DNA from: Macrostomum lignano
Taxonomy: Eukaryota
Assembly: GCA_002269645.1 (NCBI GenBank)
Contig: NIVC01003852.1
Span: forward strand, 1-64,000
Length of the DNA: 64,000 bases
Reading direction: 5' to 3'
Within the stretch, counting starts at the first letter, position 1, and every line of letters begins with the position of its first letter. The notes beneath the pieces are model-generated. The model was not told the origin of the DNA. It was given only the letters and a program-made list of their open reading frames with translations, and searched no databases. Below are positions 30,301-42,834 of the stretch, in pieces. The position numbers and the translations under genes were made by a program.

Positions 30301-31741
30301 TGACGGTGGCGTTGAACTTGCAGAGCGGCTTCAGAAGGGCCAGCTGGTCGATGTCCTGCAAGGGTGTTACGGGTTCAGAGGCATGCAATAGGATTGTAGG
30401 CTTAGTTAATTATTAAGACAGCACCGCCCTAAGGACCAGAGGGGAGCAGCGCCAGTGACAACGGAACTACAAGAGTAAGAGCGCCTACCAAAAGACCAGA
30501 GGAAGGGTAGCGACTGCAGCGCCACACAAAAGGACCAGAGAGAGGGGGGGAGGGTGGCGGCGCTCACCAAAGGACCAGAGGGGAGGGTGGCGGCGCTCCC
30601 CAAAGGACCAGAGGGGAGGGTGGCGGCGCTCACCAAAGGACCAGAGGGGAGGGTGGCGGCGCTCCCCAAAGGACCAGAGGGGAGGGTGGCGGCGCTCACC
30701 AAAGGACCAGAGGGGAGGGTGGCGGCGCTCACCAAAGGACCAGAGAAGAGGGTGGCGGCGCTCCCCAAAGGACCAGAGAGAGGGGGGAGGGTGGCGGCGC
30801 TCACCAAAGGACCAGAGGGGAGGGTGGCGGCGCTCACCAAAGGACCAGAGGGGAGGGTGGCGGCGCTCACCAAAGGACCAGAGGGGAGGGTGGCGGCGCT
30901 CCCCAAAGGACCAGAGGGGAGGGTGGCGGCGCTCACCAAAGGACCAGAGGGGAGGGTGGCGGCGCTCACCAAAGGACCAGAGAAGAGGGTGGCGGCGCTC
31001 CCCAAAGGACCAGAGGCGAGGGTGGCGGCGCTCCCCAAAGGACCAGAGAGAGGGGGGAGGGTGGCGGCGCTCACCAAAGGACCAGAGGGGAGGGTGGCGG
31101 CGCTCACCAAAGGACCAGAGGGGAGGGTGGCGGCGCTCACTAAAGGACCAGAGGGGAGGGAGGCGGCGCTCACCAAAGGACCAGAGGGGAGGGAGGCGGC
31201 GCTCACCAAAGGACCAGAGAGGGGAGGGTGGCGGCGCCCCACCAGAAACTAATATGAACAGCCGGCCCGGCCGTACCTGCAGAGCGCCCCGGCCCTGCAG
31301 AATGCCGGCAGCGGCTCCGCCAAGCAGCAGCAGCGGCGACTCGGCCATCTGCGCGTTCTTCACCGCGGTGACCGTGTTGGTGAGGCCCGGGCCGGCGGTC
31401 ACGCAGGCGGCTGCTAGACCGCCGGAGATGCGGGCGACGGCGTCGGCGGCGAACACGGTGGTGACCTCGTGCCGGGTGTCCACCACGCGCAGGCCGAGCC
31501 TCTCGCAGGCGACGAGAATCGGAGACACATGGCCGCCGCACAGGGTGAACACGAACTTGACGCCGTGGGATTTGAGCACCTCGGCCACCAGGTCTCCACC
31601 GCAGCGGGTGGAGTCCTTGTCCACACTGTACACCAGCAGAGAGAAAAAGCCGCGCTTGCGGGCCACGTGCAGCAGAGCGGCAACGAGGGCCAGGAGGATC
31701 GCAGCGCCTGCGGCAAGCGACCAACAACAGCAGCTGCTCAT
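27306..31741 (-). CDS. ILVBL: ILVBL / 2-hydroxyacyl-CoA lyase 2 (acetolactate-synthase-like ThDP enzyme), ~627 aa
   Basis: Four phase-0 exons: 31741-31277, 30355-29846, 29085-28402 and 27530-27306. N-terminal TM helix, [44 protein letters not shown], ThDP motif GDGS...GND, C-terminal [10 protein letters not shown]. Confidence 0.95.
27598..28381. repeat. Intronic minisatellite, 24-bp unit (cagccctgctaactgccccgctat), ~32 copies
   Basis: Fills ILVBL intron 3. Confidence 0.97.
29125..29765. repeat. Intronic minisatellite, ~29-bp unit (gggagggcgattctctttaggggaatttc)
   Basis: Fills ILVBL intron 2. Confidence 0.93.
30540..31245. repeat. Intronic minisatellite, 33-bp unit (agggtggcggcgctcaccaaaggaccagagggg)
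   Basis: Fills ILVBL intron 1. Confidence 0.95.
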
Positions 31742-33747
31742 TGGCATGCAATGAATTGCAGAGACTACCATATATGAATTCATACATAAATCTTACATTA
31801 GAGATATAGCCAACCAAGTGTCGCATTAGAAGGTGGCACTAATACAAAAATAGTGCTTTAATGTTACAAGTAATGTTACATGTTACAAGATACAACAATA
31901 GGGTCAATAAATAGCAAAAAAATTGTTCTGTACTCATGTCCTCTCACCTTTCTAATCTTAACTATCTATCGACTAAGGTATAGTGAATTCTTTCAGGCTT
32001 TTAAGAAGCCTTATGAATTAGTTTGAAATTTAGGATTTTAAACATGTTTAAGCATGCAGGTACACCAATTGATTTCTTTATCTATGCAGGATGTAATCCA
32101 TATAAAAAATCAATTGCTCCAAAAGGGAATAGATATAATTCTATTCCCTAAGATATAATATATATTGGGTAATTGTTTTTTTTAAATACCCTAGAAAGTT
32201 TGTTAAAACCAAGGTCTACAACTTCATCAACCAAAAGTTTAGCTTAAAACCAAACAAAGTACAATCAATTTTACTCTGCTATTTATTTGGGAAGCCATCC
32301 ACATTAAATTTAAACAAAAACTTCAAAATGCTATCTATAAAACTAGCAAACTGACATTAACATAAACTTTTCTACTATGAAAGTTGGTCAATTTACTTAA
32401 ATCCTCAAATGTACTATTTTTATGCCACAGTGTGCTAGTGTTATTTACAAATTTTTGTGTGTTGCTAAGCAGAGCCAGTTTTACATTGATAAACAGAATG
32501 ACACCTATACATAAGAGTAAAGGAGCATTTCAAAAGTGTCTACTGTATATGATCACCTTCTTATATGCAACTAATATACCCAATGCAAGCATATTGACCA
32601 ATTTAGTATTATTGACAACAGTACTAACTTTATAAGCATTGTATATAAAAGAGCTTAAACCTATCCTCAATAGCCAGATATTTAACAAAGGCACTAGTGT
32701 ACATTTTAAGATTTTCTAACTTGTCTTTTCTTATTCTATGGCCCATTCCATATAAGATAGACATATTTGGAAAATAGAAAAAAGTCAATATTTTTGTTTG
32801 TCATTGCCTTATCAGCCATTTTTTTACCAAATCTTTTTTGTATATAATGTATACAATCTAATAATAAATAAATGATAAAATGTTGGATTAGTATGTTATC
32901 AATTGGCAAAAAGTTATTTTTGTAAAAAATTGGACATTTTCTAAGCGAAAGACATCATTAAGTTTATGTACCTTTTAAAAACAAATAGAAAGCTTTTGAA
33001 GGTTAAAACAAACTATATATAAAATTATAGTACTTGCATCATCAGATAAAATCATTAGCAACCATATAATCTATTATATTTTTAATATATTAGTACTTCA
33101 AAGTTACTGAATTGACAGAAAAAAATATGTTACAACCATAAAATTACAACCATAAGGCTGCCTTTTCTTTTGTATCTTTGTTGCCTTTTTGAGTTTATAT
33201 ATTCTAATAAAAGAGTATGACTTCTAAAGATGTTCTTAGTCAAATTTAAAAAAAATTTTTGCAAAATATCAAAAATGAAAAATGTTATAAGACTTTTACC
33301 TTTTAGTTTCTATATGTCAAAAATCCTATTGTTACAACCATAAGTGCCATTCAAGGTTTAATAGCATCTATACTAATGATGATATCTATATGAAACTTTA
33401 CAAACATATTCCTGACAAAATAATCTTTCATTCAAAATATAGGTTTAGTATATTCTATTATTAGATTTCATTTTGTAAGTAAAAATAGTCTGTTATGTTA
33501 CAACCATAATTATATGGAATGGCCCCTATGCATTTATCTATTACTACTTTTGTTAACCTTTATCCTTTTTCTCATATCCCACATATATTTTTGCACAGTT
33601 TTCATTTAATCTGTTAATACTAATTGCCTAATAATGTCACTTATATAACAAAACATATTGTGATAATTATGATAAAGTTGTTTTTCTTACTACTAATTAA
33701 TATTAGGCTGTTAGGCATAGCAACCTACCAAAGCTATACTATGATTG

Positions 33748-33920
33748 ACATGCTTGGGCGCAACCTTGGGATTCACTTGGCCGTTTCTATTGGCAACACA
33801 CACATGTAAGTTGCTATTGGACGGAATAGTAGTCACGTGACTGCTCTCAGCCATTGGCGACTTACATGTGTATGTTGCCAATAGAAACGGCCAGGTGATT
33901 CCCAAAGTTGCGCATGTATG
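33748..33920 (+). mobile_element. Palindromic MITE-like element, copy 1
   Basis: Arm gcgcaaccttgggattcacttggccgtttctattggcaacacacacatgtaag pairs with cttacatgtgtatgttgccaatagaaacggccaggtgattcccaaagttgcgc. Centre agtcacgtgact. Confidence 0.65.
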
Positions 33921-34829
33921 ATGATTGATTTTATTCACTATATAATTCAATTGCCCAATTACAAATTGAATTGATAGAGAACCAAACAAATGAATATCCT
34001 ATTTTATTTGTGTACAAGTTGACAAAATGGCCAGTTGATAAAATCATGAGTAGTATTTTAACTTTATTAGCCTTCTGCAAAATATGGTGGTTTTTTGGGC
34101 GGGAATTTTACTGCGAAAACCAGCCAAAGAAGGCCTACCTCTGTAGTGTAGAGGAAACTGCCGATAATCAGCTGGATGTAATGCATAAAATGTGCTGAAT
34201 CTGCCAAATAACCCACCTAACACTTGGATATTGCCTGGGTGGATTTCGTTTCAGAAACTGCCAAAGAACCCGCTAGCCATTAGGCTGTTTCTTGGGTGGA
34301 TTTCATTTCAGAAACTGCCAAAGAACCTGCCAGCCATTAGGCTGTTTCCTGGGTGGATTTTGTTTCAATGATTGAATGATGATTGAAATCTAATTATTCT
34401 GCAGATCCTTTGTAGAGCACAATTATTGCATTAATGGTTAATGCTATTTTAATATACATGTTAATGTTGAAATTTATTGTTAAAATATGAGTAACATAGA
34501 AGTGTACTATATCTGTAAAAAACACCTACTTCAATAATCATTGATTACAAAGACTACAACAGTCAAGGGTAGCCTGAAGCATTTTAATATGATCCAAATA
34601 AGTGCAAACAGTAAAAAAACATGAGTTCACATTTTCCAAGGCTAAAGCCAAAAATATAGTGCACTTTTTATTATTAAAATAGTATATTATATTTTTAGTA
34701 GACCAAACCAAAGTTGTAAAAAATGGAACATAACATGTGATTATAGCAGATGGCATAAAAAACTCGTGCATAAATGCACTACATAGTCAACACTACATCC
34801 ATAATGCAATACATCCTCTCGATTCTACT

Positions 34830-35230
34830 TATTCTTGTATCCTCTCTCCTCACTCCACTTCTCTCTCCCATTGCCTCTCCTTTCTGCTCTTACATATTTC
34901 TCTTCTATCTCCTCTGTTGTCTACTCTCACATATCTCATCTATGCTCTCTCTTCTTTCCTTTCTCCTCTTTCATAGCTCTATCTCTATCTCTCTTTCATC
35001 TTTTCTCTCTGCTCGCTCATCTCCACTCTATAATCTCTCTTGTCTCCTCTCTCATCTCTCTACTCTCCCACTTCTACTCTCCTCTATCACTTCTCTACTT
35101 TCTCCTATCTACTCTCTCCTCTCATTTCATCTCTCCCTCCTCTCACCTCTACTCTTTCCTCCTGCTTCTCTTGCCCCTCTTTACTCTCTCCTTCCTCTCT
35201 TCCATCTCCTCTCACTTCTCTCCTCTCATA
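34830..35230. repeat. CT-rich low-complexity tract
   Basis: Degenerate (ctct/ctcct)n. Confidence 0.85.
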
Positions 35231-36481
35231 GTGAATGTATGAAATCTTCCGATGGAATAACCAAAGGAGTTTTTTGACAAGGATCTGCTGGGAAAAGTCA
35301 ACATATAGTTTAATGAATTTGTGTTTAAAGTTTACTTTGCATGCTTTTTATTCAAAAACCTTCGAATTACAAAATGAAACAACTCGGCAGTCGGTTGCTC
35401 ATTTAGCTGAATTTTTTGGGGACCATCTATGACGTAGAAATATAAATGTACTGCATTATATCAGCCAGAATAAAAAACAAGTCAAGAAACTAGGCCTAAA
35501 ATTGACTATATGGTATGGAGTAACTTGCTTGCAAACTAGTGACTAAATCACGTCGAATTATCGCGGAAACTAGTCCTGTAATCAGTAAAGATTAATTTCA
35601 TTACAAAAATAACAAAAATGAGCCTAAAGGTTGTCTCAATTTGGCAGCATAAATAAATGGAAGAAAAGAAGTACAACTTTTGATAAGCAGTATAGTAAGA
35701 AAATGTAGTTGAATCATACTTGCTATATATATTTCATATAGCTAAGCATTTAAGCATTATAGCTAAGCATTTCATATAAGCATATATTTCATGTAAACAT
35801 TTCAAGCAAATGAATGGCCTCTAAAATGAAATGAAATTTGATTCTCTTAGCAGTTTCCTGAAAGAGAGTAAATGGTGGATTCTGCAGGAATCATCCAAAG
35901 CTTTGTGAGAACCTGCCAAAGTTTTTGGTGGGTTCCTTTGTCAATTCCGATTTCCAACATGGCTGGAATCTCTGAAAGAAACCACCAAGTGTTTGGTGGT
36001 CTTTTCGGTTGGAAACTCTTTTCTTTGTGGTTTTTTGGGTGTTTTCTTACTGGGTGGGTTTTTTGGCAGTTTTTTGCACCTAGAATCGTCTCATTGGGAG
36101 GGTTTTATGTGTGGGCAGGATTTGTGTGTGGAAGCATCAGTGTTTCCGCTTGGAATCAGCCAAAGAAACAACCATATTTTGCAGCAGGGAATAGAATCAA
36201 AGACAAAAAAGCTGTAGATAATATACAGTTATGTGCATATACAACTAGGTAAATGGTGGGAATAATTATAACTATTTAGATAGGCAAATAACTTATCATC
36301 TAATTAGCCTATTGTTAGCAAATGGTCAAACATATAGCAAGGCATCAATGTTCTATGATATCTAGAACAGTAATAGTCCACTTTGGTAACAGCTATTTCA
36401 GGAATAGCCACTTTGGTAACAAGTGAGAATAATATAATATGTATTAGGCCTAATTGACATGCTCCAAAAGGATGTGCAAAA

Positions 36482-36654
36482 ATACATGCGCAACCTTGGG
36501 AATTACTTAGCCATTTCTATTGGCAAACACACATATAAGTCGCTATTGGCTGAGAGCAGTCATGTGACTACTATTCCGTCTAATAGCAACTTACATTTGT
36601 GTTGCCAATAGAAACAGGCCAGGTGAATCCCTAGGTTGCGCCCAAGCATGTATG
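36482..36654 (-). mobile_element. Palindromic MITE-like element, copy 2 (inverted relative to copy 1)
   Basis: The asymmetric core ctgagagcagtcatgtgactactattccgt is the reverse complement of the copy-1 core apart from one substitution. Same arms. Confidence 0.65.
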
Positions 36655-39297
36655 TGAACAAACTTTAAAGAAAAAATAACAGAACACATGCATGTGTTTA
36701 ACTTGTTTAAAAGTAGTTTTAACCAATCGATTTTAATTTCCAGATGAGTCAAATATATACACCCAAGACATCTTATAATTTAGTGTTTTGCCATAAGGAG
36801 GGTCCATGTACTGTAGCTGTAGCCATAAGCAAAACTATGGGTTATTCTAATTCTCTATATTCTGTAGCCGTAAGGACCTCAAAATTACCATATTCCCATA
36901 GTTCCCATAGCCATAGCTGTAGTTTTAACAAAAAGTCTAGAAAACAAAATATTTTAAATCAAGAGGATAACCTGGTGCTTAAACAACTGCAAATTAAGTT
37001 AGAAAATATAAGAAACACTTGATTGCCTTTGTAAGATTATATTTCATCTTTTTATAAAGCAACAATACTTAATTGTTACTAAAAGTACTAATGCTAAACT
37101 TTTTTCACATTGATAAAAATTAGAATTTGCTAGTGTTTTATTGTACTTTATTAGGTATATTCTATAAGTTTCTAATTTGATAATACAGTTTACTAAAGTA
37201 TCTTTGTTTTACTTTACCTGTTTCTAATATTTTTTCAATTTTTTTAAATTAACAACTATAGCTACAAGAATCTATGAAATGTGACAGCAACTACCATATT
37301 TCTGTAGTCATAGCCATAAGAGCAACTAGCTACCATAGGCATATTTGTAACTGCCATAGGCATCTATTTTACCATATTTGCTATAGGATCAAATAGCCAT
37401 AGCTATGGCTATAGTGGAACAAACTATAATTGACTAAATGTTATATATTGTGTATATTAGAATCTCTGATCTAGTTAGCAAATAGCATCTTAAAATTATA
37501 TTATCAACTTTTTTCTTCATTAATTGTTTGAATTTTTTGAATTACAATATATGTATATGACTATGAGCTCTTTGTAACGCTTTGTTCAATTTTCTTTGCC
37601 TTTAAATTTTTCATAGTTAATATGCAAGTTCAAATAAAGTATAATATAGTTTAACTAGAAAGTTTAACAATATGTGCAATAAGATATTTGAAATGTTAAT
37701 TATTAAACTACTTAAAGCTAAACCTAATTATCATTAAAAAAGTGTTAAGAGTCGTAAATCTGCTTAGTTACCAAAGTGGCTATTACTGAAGTGTTTTTTT
37801 TACTAAAGTGGCTGTTACCAAAGTGGCTATTATTGAAGTGGATTATATTTTATTTTAATATTATATATATTATATATGTTAATATATTTTAATATTTTAT
37901 GCGCCGCAGCGCGCCATGATAAGGTAAGGTAAGATAAGGTAATTAATAATTCACTGGTAAACAAATTTGAATTTATGGTAGACAAATTTGAATTTCATTT
38001 ATGTATTTTATATTGTGATTTACGTAATTTTAGTACTCTGATAGTATAATATTTTATTTTACGAATTATGGAATTAGGCCTGACACGATATATTTTGCAA
38101 AGTATAACGAAGTGTAGGGGGCCTAACTATATCAGGTAAAGTGGCTCGCTTGATGAAGAGTAGATAAATAAAGGTAAATATCAACATGAAGTATTATTTG
38201 AGTTGCCGATGCATTTCGTCCATTTGCATTAGGACATCTGAAGACCCGTTCATAGAAAAGACGACAACATCAGCGAAAGCTATTTCGGCGAAAGGAGAGC
38301 AGTAAAACTGTATGTTACCTTCCGCGAAACGCGCAAAATCATATAGCAAATGATATCTTTACCTAATTTTTTAAGGGTAATTAATTTTAATTACTGTATG
38401 TACGTTTTTAATAGCTAGTAGAAATGAAGAATAGTTATAATGATTTTAAAATTAAGAAGCCGGAAGTTGTTTTGTGGAACTTCGTGTCTGTGCATGGAAC
38501 TTGAAGTCTTACGTCTTACATTCTTTTTAACCATTTAGTTGTTATAGTAGCGTAGACAGCATAGTTTGCCACTTGTATATAATTTAAAGTTAAACGTTAC
38601 GTTTAAACACCAAAAATCCCGCAAACGAAATTTAAATGTTTGGGTAATTGCAGCATTCACTCGCTAACATTATACTTGCACATTCGAATATTACACTTAC
38701 ACAGTAGACATGCAAGTATAAAGAATAATCTGTTACAACTTAACATCACTGAAATCATTCTTGCCCATCTCAGCTTAGCCCAGCTAATCAAATAAAATGT
38801 GTAGGTGTAATTCAAAAGCTTTTATTATGCTACAAAATCGATCAATGTATGTATATTATACAGTTTGGCGGAAGGAATAGAGACAAGGACCACTATCCGG
38901 AAGTTACCGCTATCCTTGAGTCAAACAACAGCTCACAGTAGCCAGAGTCAAACCAACGCAGCTCAAGAGTCCCCACGCTGCCAGAGCGCACCCAGGGCCA
39001 GGCCATGAGGGTGCGGCAGTTGAAGGTTCCAGGCTCCATTTAACGAAGCCAAGCGCGGGATCAAACAGTGCACACAAATATCCCCGTTTGAATTCTGGAA
39101 AAAAGCAGCCTGTTTCGCACCCTGTTATACGCACCTTGCCTTTATACTACGCACCTTGCCTTCATATGGACCCTGCCTTTATACGGACCCTGCCTTTATA
39201 CGCACTCTGGTTGCTAAATGCCAAATAAAAGTCAGCAGCTAGGGCGCCCTGGCTGCAAGTGTGAAGCAGCCCCACGTGCCCGCCTCCCGCCGCCGCC

Positions 39298-39894
39298 ATG
39301 AGCTGCAGAAATTTTTTCATCTTCTGCCTGATCCTGGCTGACCTCTGCCTCAGCGTGGTCGAGATCATCATGGGGTCCATGTACCTGTACGACTGTCCGG
39401 CCCAGCCGAAGGTGCCCGTCTACCTGGTGGTGGCCGGCTGCACTGGCATCGTCCTGACCGTGAGCAACCTGCCAGCCTGCTGACGAACCGGAGCCGGCGG
39501 GAAGAACGAAGTCACCTGCTGCGGATGCCTGCTGCTGCTGCTGGACCTGTTCGTCGTCATCTGGTTCATCTGCGGCTGCGTCTGGGTCTTCGGCACCGAC
39601 CCGGTGTTCACCCTGCCGGAGTCGCCCTCGGTGCCGCCCGTTGGCAACGCAACCGCCATCCCCGCCAGCGCAGGCAGCTACTGCTACAAGCCCATGCTCA
39701 TGTTCGTCAGGTTCACCCTGCTCATGCGCATCGCCCTGCTGGTGCTCAACTTCTCCATCGCCTTCTGCACCTGCTGTGCCGGCTGCGGCGTCCTCATCAC
39801 CGCCTGCTGCTGCTACCTCTGCAAGAAGCAGAAACAACGAAAAGAAGAAGAGAAGCCGAAGGCGGAGGCCGAGCTGGCCTCCTTGGAATGCTGA
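39298..39894 (+). CDS. TMEM272-like Cys-rich multi-pass membrane protein with an in-frame TGA at 39481-39483 (recoded codon, pseudogene or sequence error)
   Basis: ORFs 39298-39483 and 39604-39894 share one frame, with GC3-rich codons on both sides of the TGA. IMGSMYLYDCPAQPKVPVYLVVAG, LFVVIWFICGCVWVFG and YCYKPM resemble the TMEM272 family pattern as recalled. Confidence 0.7.
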
Positions 39895-40484
39895 CCATGA
39901 ACAGCTGAAGTAAAAGGACGCTCTGTACTACCAGTACTAACTACAAGTAATAGAGGTTGAAGCTATTTATAAATAACTCTTATTCGTTCATAAATGCAGC
40001 TAGATAGATTTAGTAATCATAACCCAGCTCTAAACACAACTGCATGTACATTACATGTAGCAGAGAGTTTTCAAAATTTTGTAAAAAAACTGCCCTCGCT
40101 GTTTCTTATCTTTTGAAGCGGCCAGAAATAAACATGCAGTCTGCCGCAGCTTCTCAAGTCGCTTCAAGCTAAACGTTTGTTCAGCTTTTGTTTTAATCAA
40201 CGTATACATGTACGAGTACTTGATCGGTTTCTTTTTTAATTAACTTATTTCTGATGCTTAAAATCATCCGCATGTGGCCACACGCAGCAAGATTTTGGCT
40301 TGCCTGCGCTTTCTCTTTACGGAGAAAAGACCTGCAGCAGAGTACAGCCCCCAACCCTACCTCTGGCAGCGGAGCTCACCGCTTTTCTATTTTTAGCTTC
40401 GGGACGGGTTGAGTTCATTCAGGGAGGAAGGCAGAGAAACTGAGTCGGCGTGTCGCCACACGCGGCGCCCGCGCAGCAAAAGTC

Positions 40485-40491
40485 TATATAA
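40485..40491 (+). promoter_or_regulatory. TATA-like box upstream of the vWA gene
   Basis: TATATAA ~90 nt before the ATG at 40583. An AATAAA lies ~120 nt after the stop (~42254). Confidence 0.45.
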
Positions 40492-40582
40492 GCGAGCCTC
40501 GGGACTCCGGCCAGCTGCTCAGACACAGAGCAAAACCTTGCCAAGCTTCTGACTCTGAACCGAACGCTTTCTAAATAAAGGC

Positions 40583-42136
40583 ATGGCACTCCCTGGAGCT
40601 CAGCCGCTGGACTTGGCCTTCTCTTTCGACACGACCGGCTCAATGGGCTCCGTCATCAACGAGGTGCGCAGCAACATCGCCGAGATGCTGCAGCGGCTCA
40701 CTACCGACATCCCGGACCTGAGCGTGGCTCTCATCGCTCACGGAGACTACGGGGACAAGTACGAGACGGAGATCCGCGACTTCGGCACCTCCACAGCGGA
40801 CCTGGTGCGGTTCGCCAAGACTGTGCAGGGCACGTACGGCGGGGACGAGCCCGAGTGCTACGAGCTGGTGCTGCAGCAGGCCCGCACCCGCCTCAGCTGG
40901 CGCCCGCACAGCAGCCGCGCTCTGGTGCTGGTCGGCGACGCCTTCCCGCACGAGGTGGGCAGCGCCAGGAACAAGTACAAGATCGACTGGAAGGCGGAGA
41001 CCGAGCTGTTGCACCAGCTGGGAGTCACCGTGTACTGCGTGCAGTGCGGCAGCGGCAGGAACTCGCAGAGCTTCATGGACCACGTCGCCAAGGTTACCGG
41101 CGGCCTGCGGCTCCCCCTGGCCGAGTTCCGGGGCGTTCGCGACTTCCTCATGGCCATCGCCTACCGGGAGGGCGGCACCGACGTCCTTCGCGACGGCTAC
41201 GAGCGCGAGGTGCGCGCCAGGGACGGCGCCGCGCTGGCCGGCGACGTGAGCGCCATGCTGGGCCTCGTGCGCCGCTCGTCGGCGGTCACCCTGGCGGCCA
41301 GCAGCATCGCCGCCGACCCGTCCGGGGCAGTCACTGGGACAAAGACTGCGGCGAGGCGAACAAAGACTGCCAAAGCGGTGACCGCCGGAACTTCAGGAAA
41401 GGCGAAGAAGCCCGTCAGGAAGCCCGTCACGAAGCCCGTCACGAAGCCCGTCACGATGCCCGCCAGGAAGCCCGTCACGAAGCCCGTCACGAAGCCCGTC
41501 ACGAAGCCCGTCACGAAGCCCGCCAGGAAGCCCGTCACGAAGTCCGTCACGAAGCCCGTCACGAAGCCCGTCACGAAGTCCGTCATGGCAGCTGCGAGAA
41601 TTTCGCGGGCGCGGGCTGCCAGGGCGGTCCGAACTCGCCGGGAGACCTGCTCCGACAGGCGCCTGCCCGCTGGGCTGGCCGCTCTCACCTGGTCTCCCTG
41701 GCGCTTGGTCGGTCAGCCCGGAAGCGTGTCCCGGTTGTCATGGCAACGCTTTGGAAGCGTCTCAGTGCGCAAGTCGCTGTTCAGTCGCGGCGGCGGTGGC
41801 GGCCAGCAAGTCGTGGAGCTCGCCGTGCAGCCGCGCCCCGGCGCCCGGCGCTTCCCGCTGTTCGGCCGCGTCCTCTCCGCCGGCAGCAGCCGACACCGCG
41901 GCGGCTTGCCGGTGGTCAGCGTGAAGAGGCTCCTGGCTGGCCGGCCGGCTGTCCGGGCCCAGCTTGAGCGGGTGCTGCGCCAGGGCATGCGGGTGTTCGC
42001 CAGGGTGGCCGACGCTGCTCCCGCGAGCCCGCGGCCCCGGCTGGCCAAGGCGGCGAGCTACGCGTGGAACAGCGGCCGCTCGGCGAGATGCGGCGGCGTC
42101 TTCGTGTCCGTGTCGGAGAGGAGCCTGCGCGGCTGA
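40583..42136 (+). CDS. Intronless 517-aa protein: N-terminal vWA domain, K/P/V/T-rich linker, basic C-terminal domain
   Basis: Uninterrupted GC3-rich [15 protein letters not shown] (MIDAS-like), [19 protein letters not shown] and [14 protein letters not shown] repeats at 41410-41585. Confidence 0.88.
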   Translation: MALPGAQPLDLAFSFDTTGSMGSVINEVRSNIAEMLQRLTTDIPDLSVALIAHGDYGDKYETEIRDFGTSTADLVRFAKTVQGTYGGDEPECYELVLQQARTRLSWRPHSSRALVLVGDAFPHEVGSARNKYKIDWKAETELLHQLGVTVYCVQCGSGRNSQSFMDHVAKVTGGLRLPLAEFRGVRDFLMAIAYREGGTDVLRDGYEREVRARDGAALAGDVSAMLGLVRRSSAVTLAASSIAADPSGAVTGTKTAARRTKTAKAVTAGTSGKAKKPVRKPVTKPVTKPVTMPARKPVTKPVTKPVTKPVTKPARKPVTKSVTKPVTKPVTKSVMAAARISRARAARAVRTRRETCSDRRLPAGLAALTWSPWRLVGQPGSVSRLSWQRFGSVSVRKSLFSRGGGGGQQVVELAVQPRPGARRFPLFGRVLSAGSSRHRGGLPVVSVKRLLAGRPAVRAQLERVLRQGMRVFARVADAAPASPRPRLAKAASYAWNSGRSARCGGVFVSVSERSLRG

Positions 42137-42834
42137 GCGCGCGAGCGACTCCTGCCGCTTCGTGATAGTCGTGGACTTTTTTGATAGCTTGAAGTTGATA
42201 TTTTGACATATCTGTAAATCGATCGCATGCAATCGTAAGCATACCTGATATAAATAAATAAATATTTCAGATTTAGTTATATAAGGATTAAACGGAATGA
42301 CAAATGAAAAACTTATTTTGCTTGAAGGCCAATATTCGTCGCTATGACGTCTCCCTGCCGTCACCGTCCCCCATTTCTTCGAGTCGGAGTTTTGACCAAT
42401 TGAAATTTTCTCTGTTCGATAATATCAGCCACACACAGTGCATGCTACTCAGTAGCAAACATGGGAGACATTCAAATAAAGAAGCTTAGCGCATCAAAAC
42501 GGTTAATACTGTTGAGCCTTTGTAACAACAAAAGCCAAGCGTGATGAGCCAACCGCGGCGCATGCAGAGTTGCGGCTGCAGCTCCGCCATTTGCCATGTG
42601 GCACTGCAGCGAATCAAGTGCAGATCAGCCAGTGCAGTGGCTGGCTGGGCGATGATCCACTGGAGACTGAACCGACTGCTATTGCAAATACTGTAACTGC
42701 TTTTGCTTGACTTCCATCTAAGCAGTAAAATTCTGAGCTTTTGCAACCGTTTGAACAAGGTAAGGACCCTTGTGAAACTTCTGCTTCAGGAGCAGTCACG
42801 ATAGTATTAGATGAGTCCGTTTCAGGCCTCAATG

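Noticed and set aside
39897-39960. SECIS element after the TMEM272-like gene
   Set aside because: ATGA-N11-AAAA is present, but I found no paired helix ending in the required GA quartet by eye. Left as unproven.
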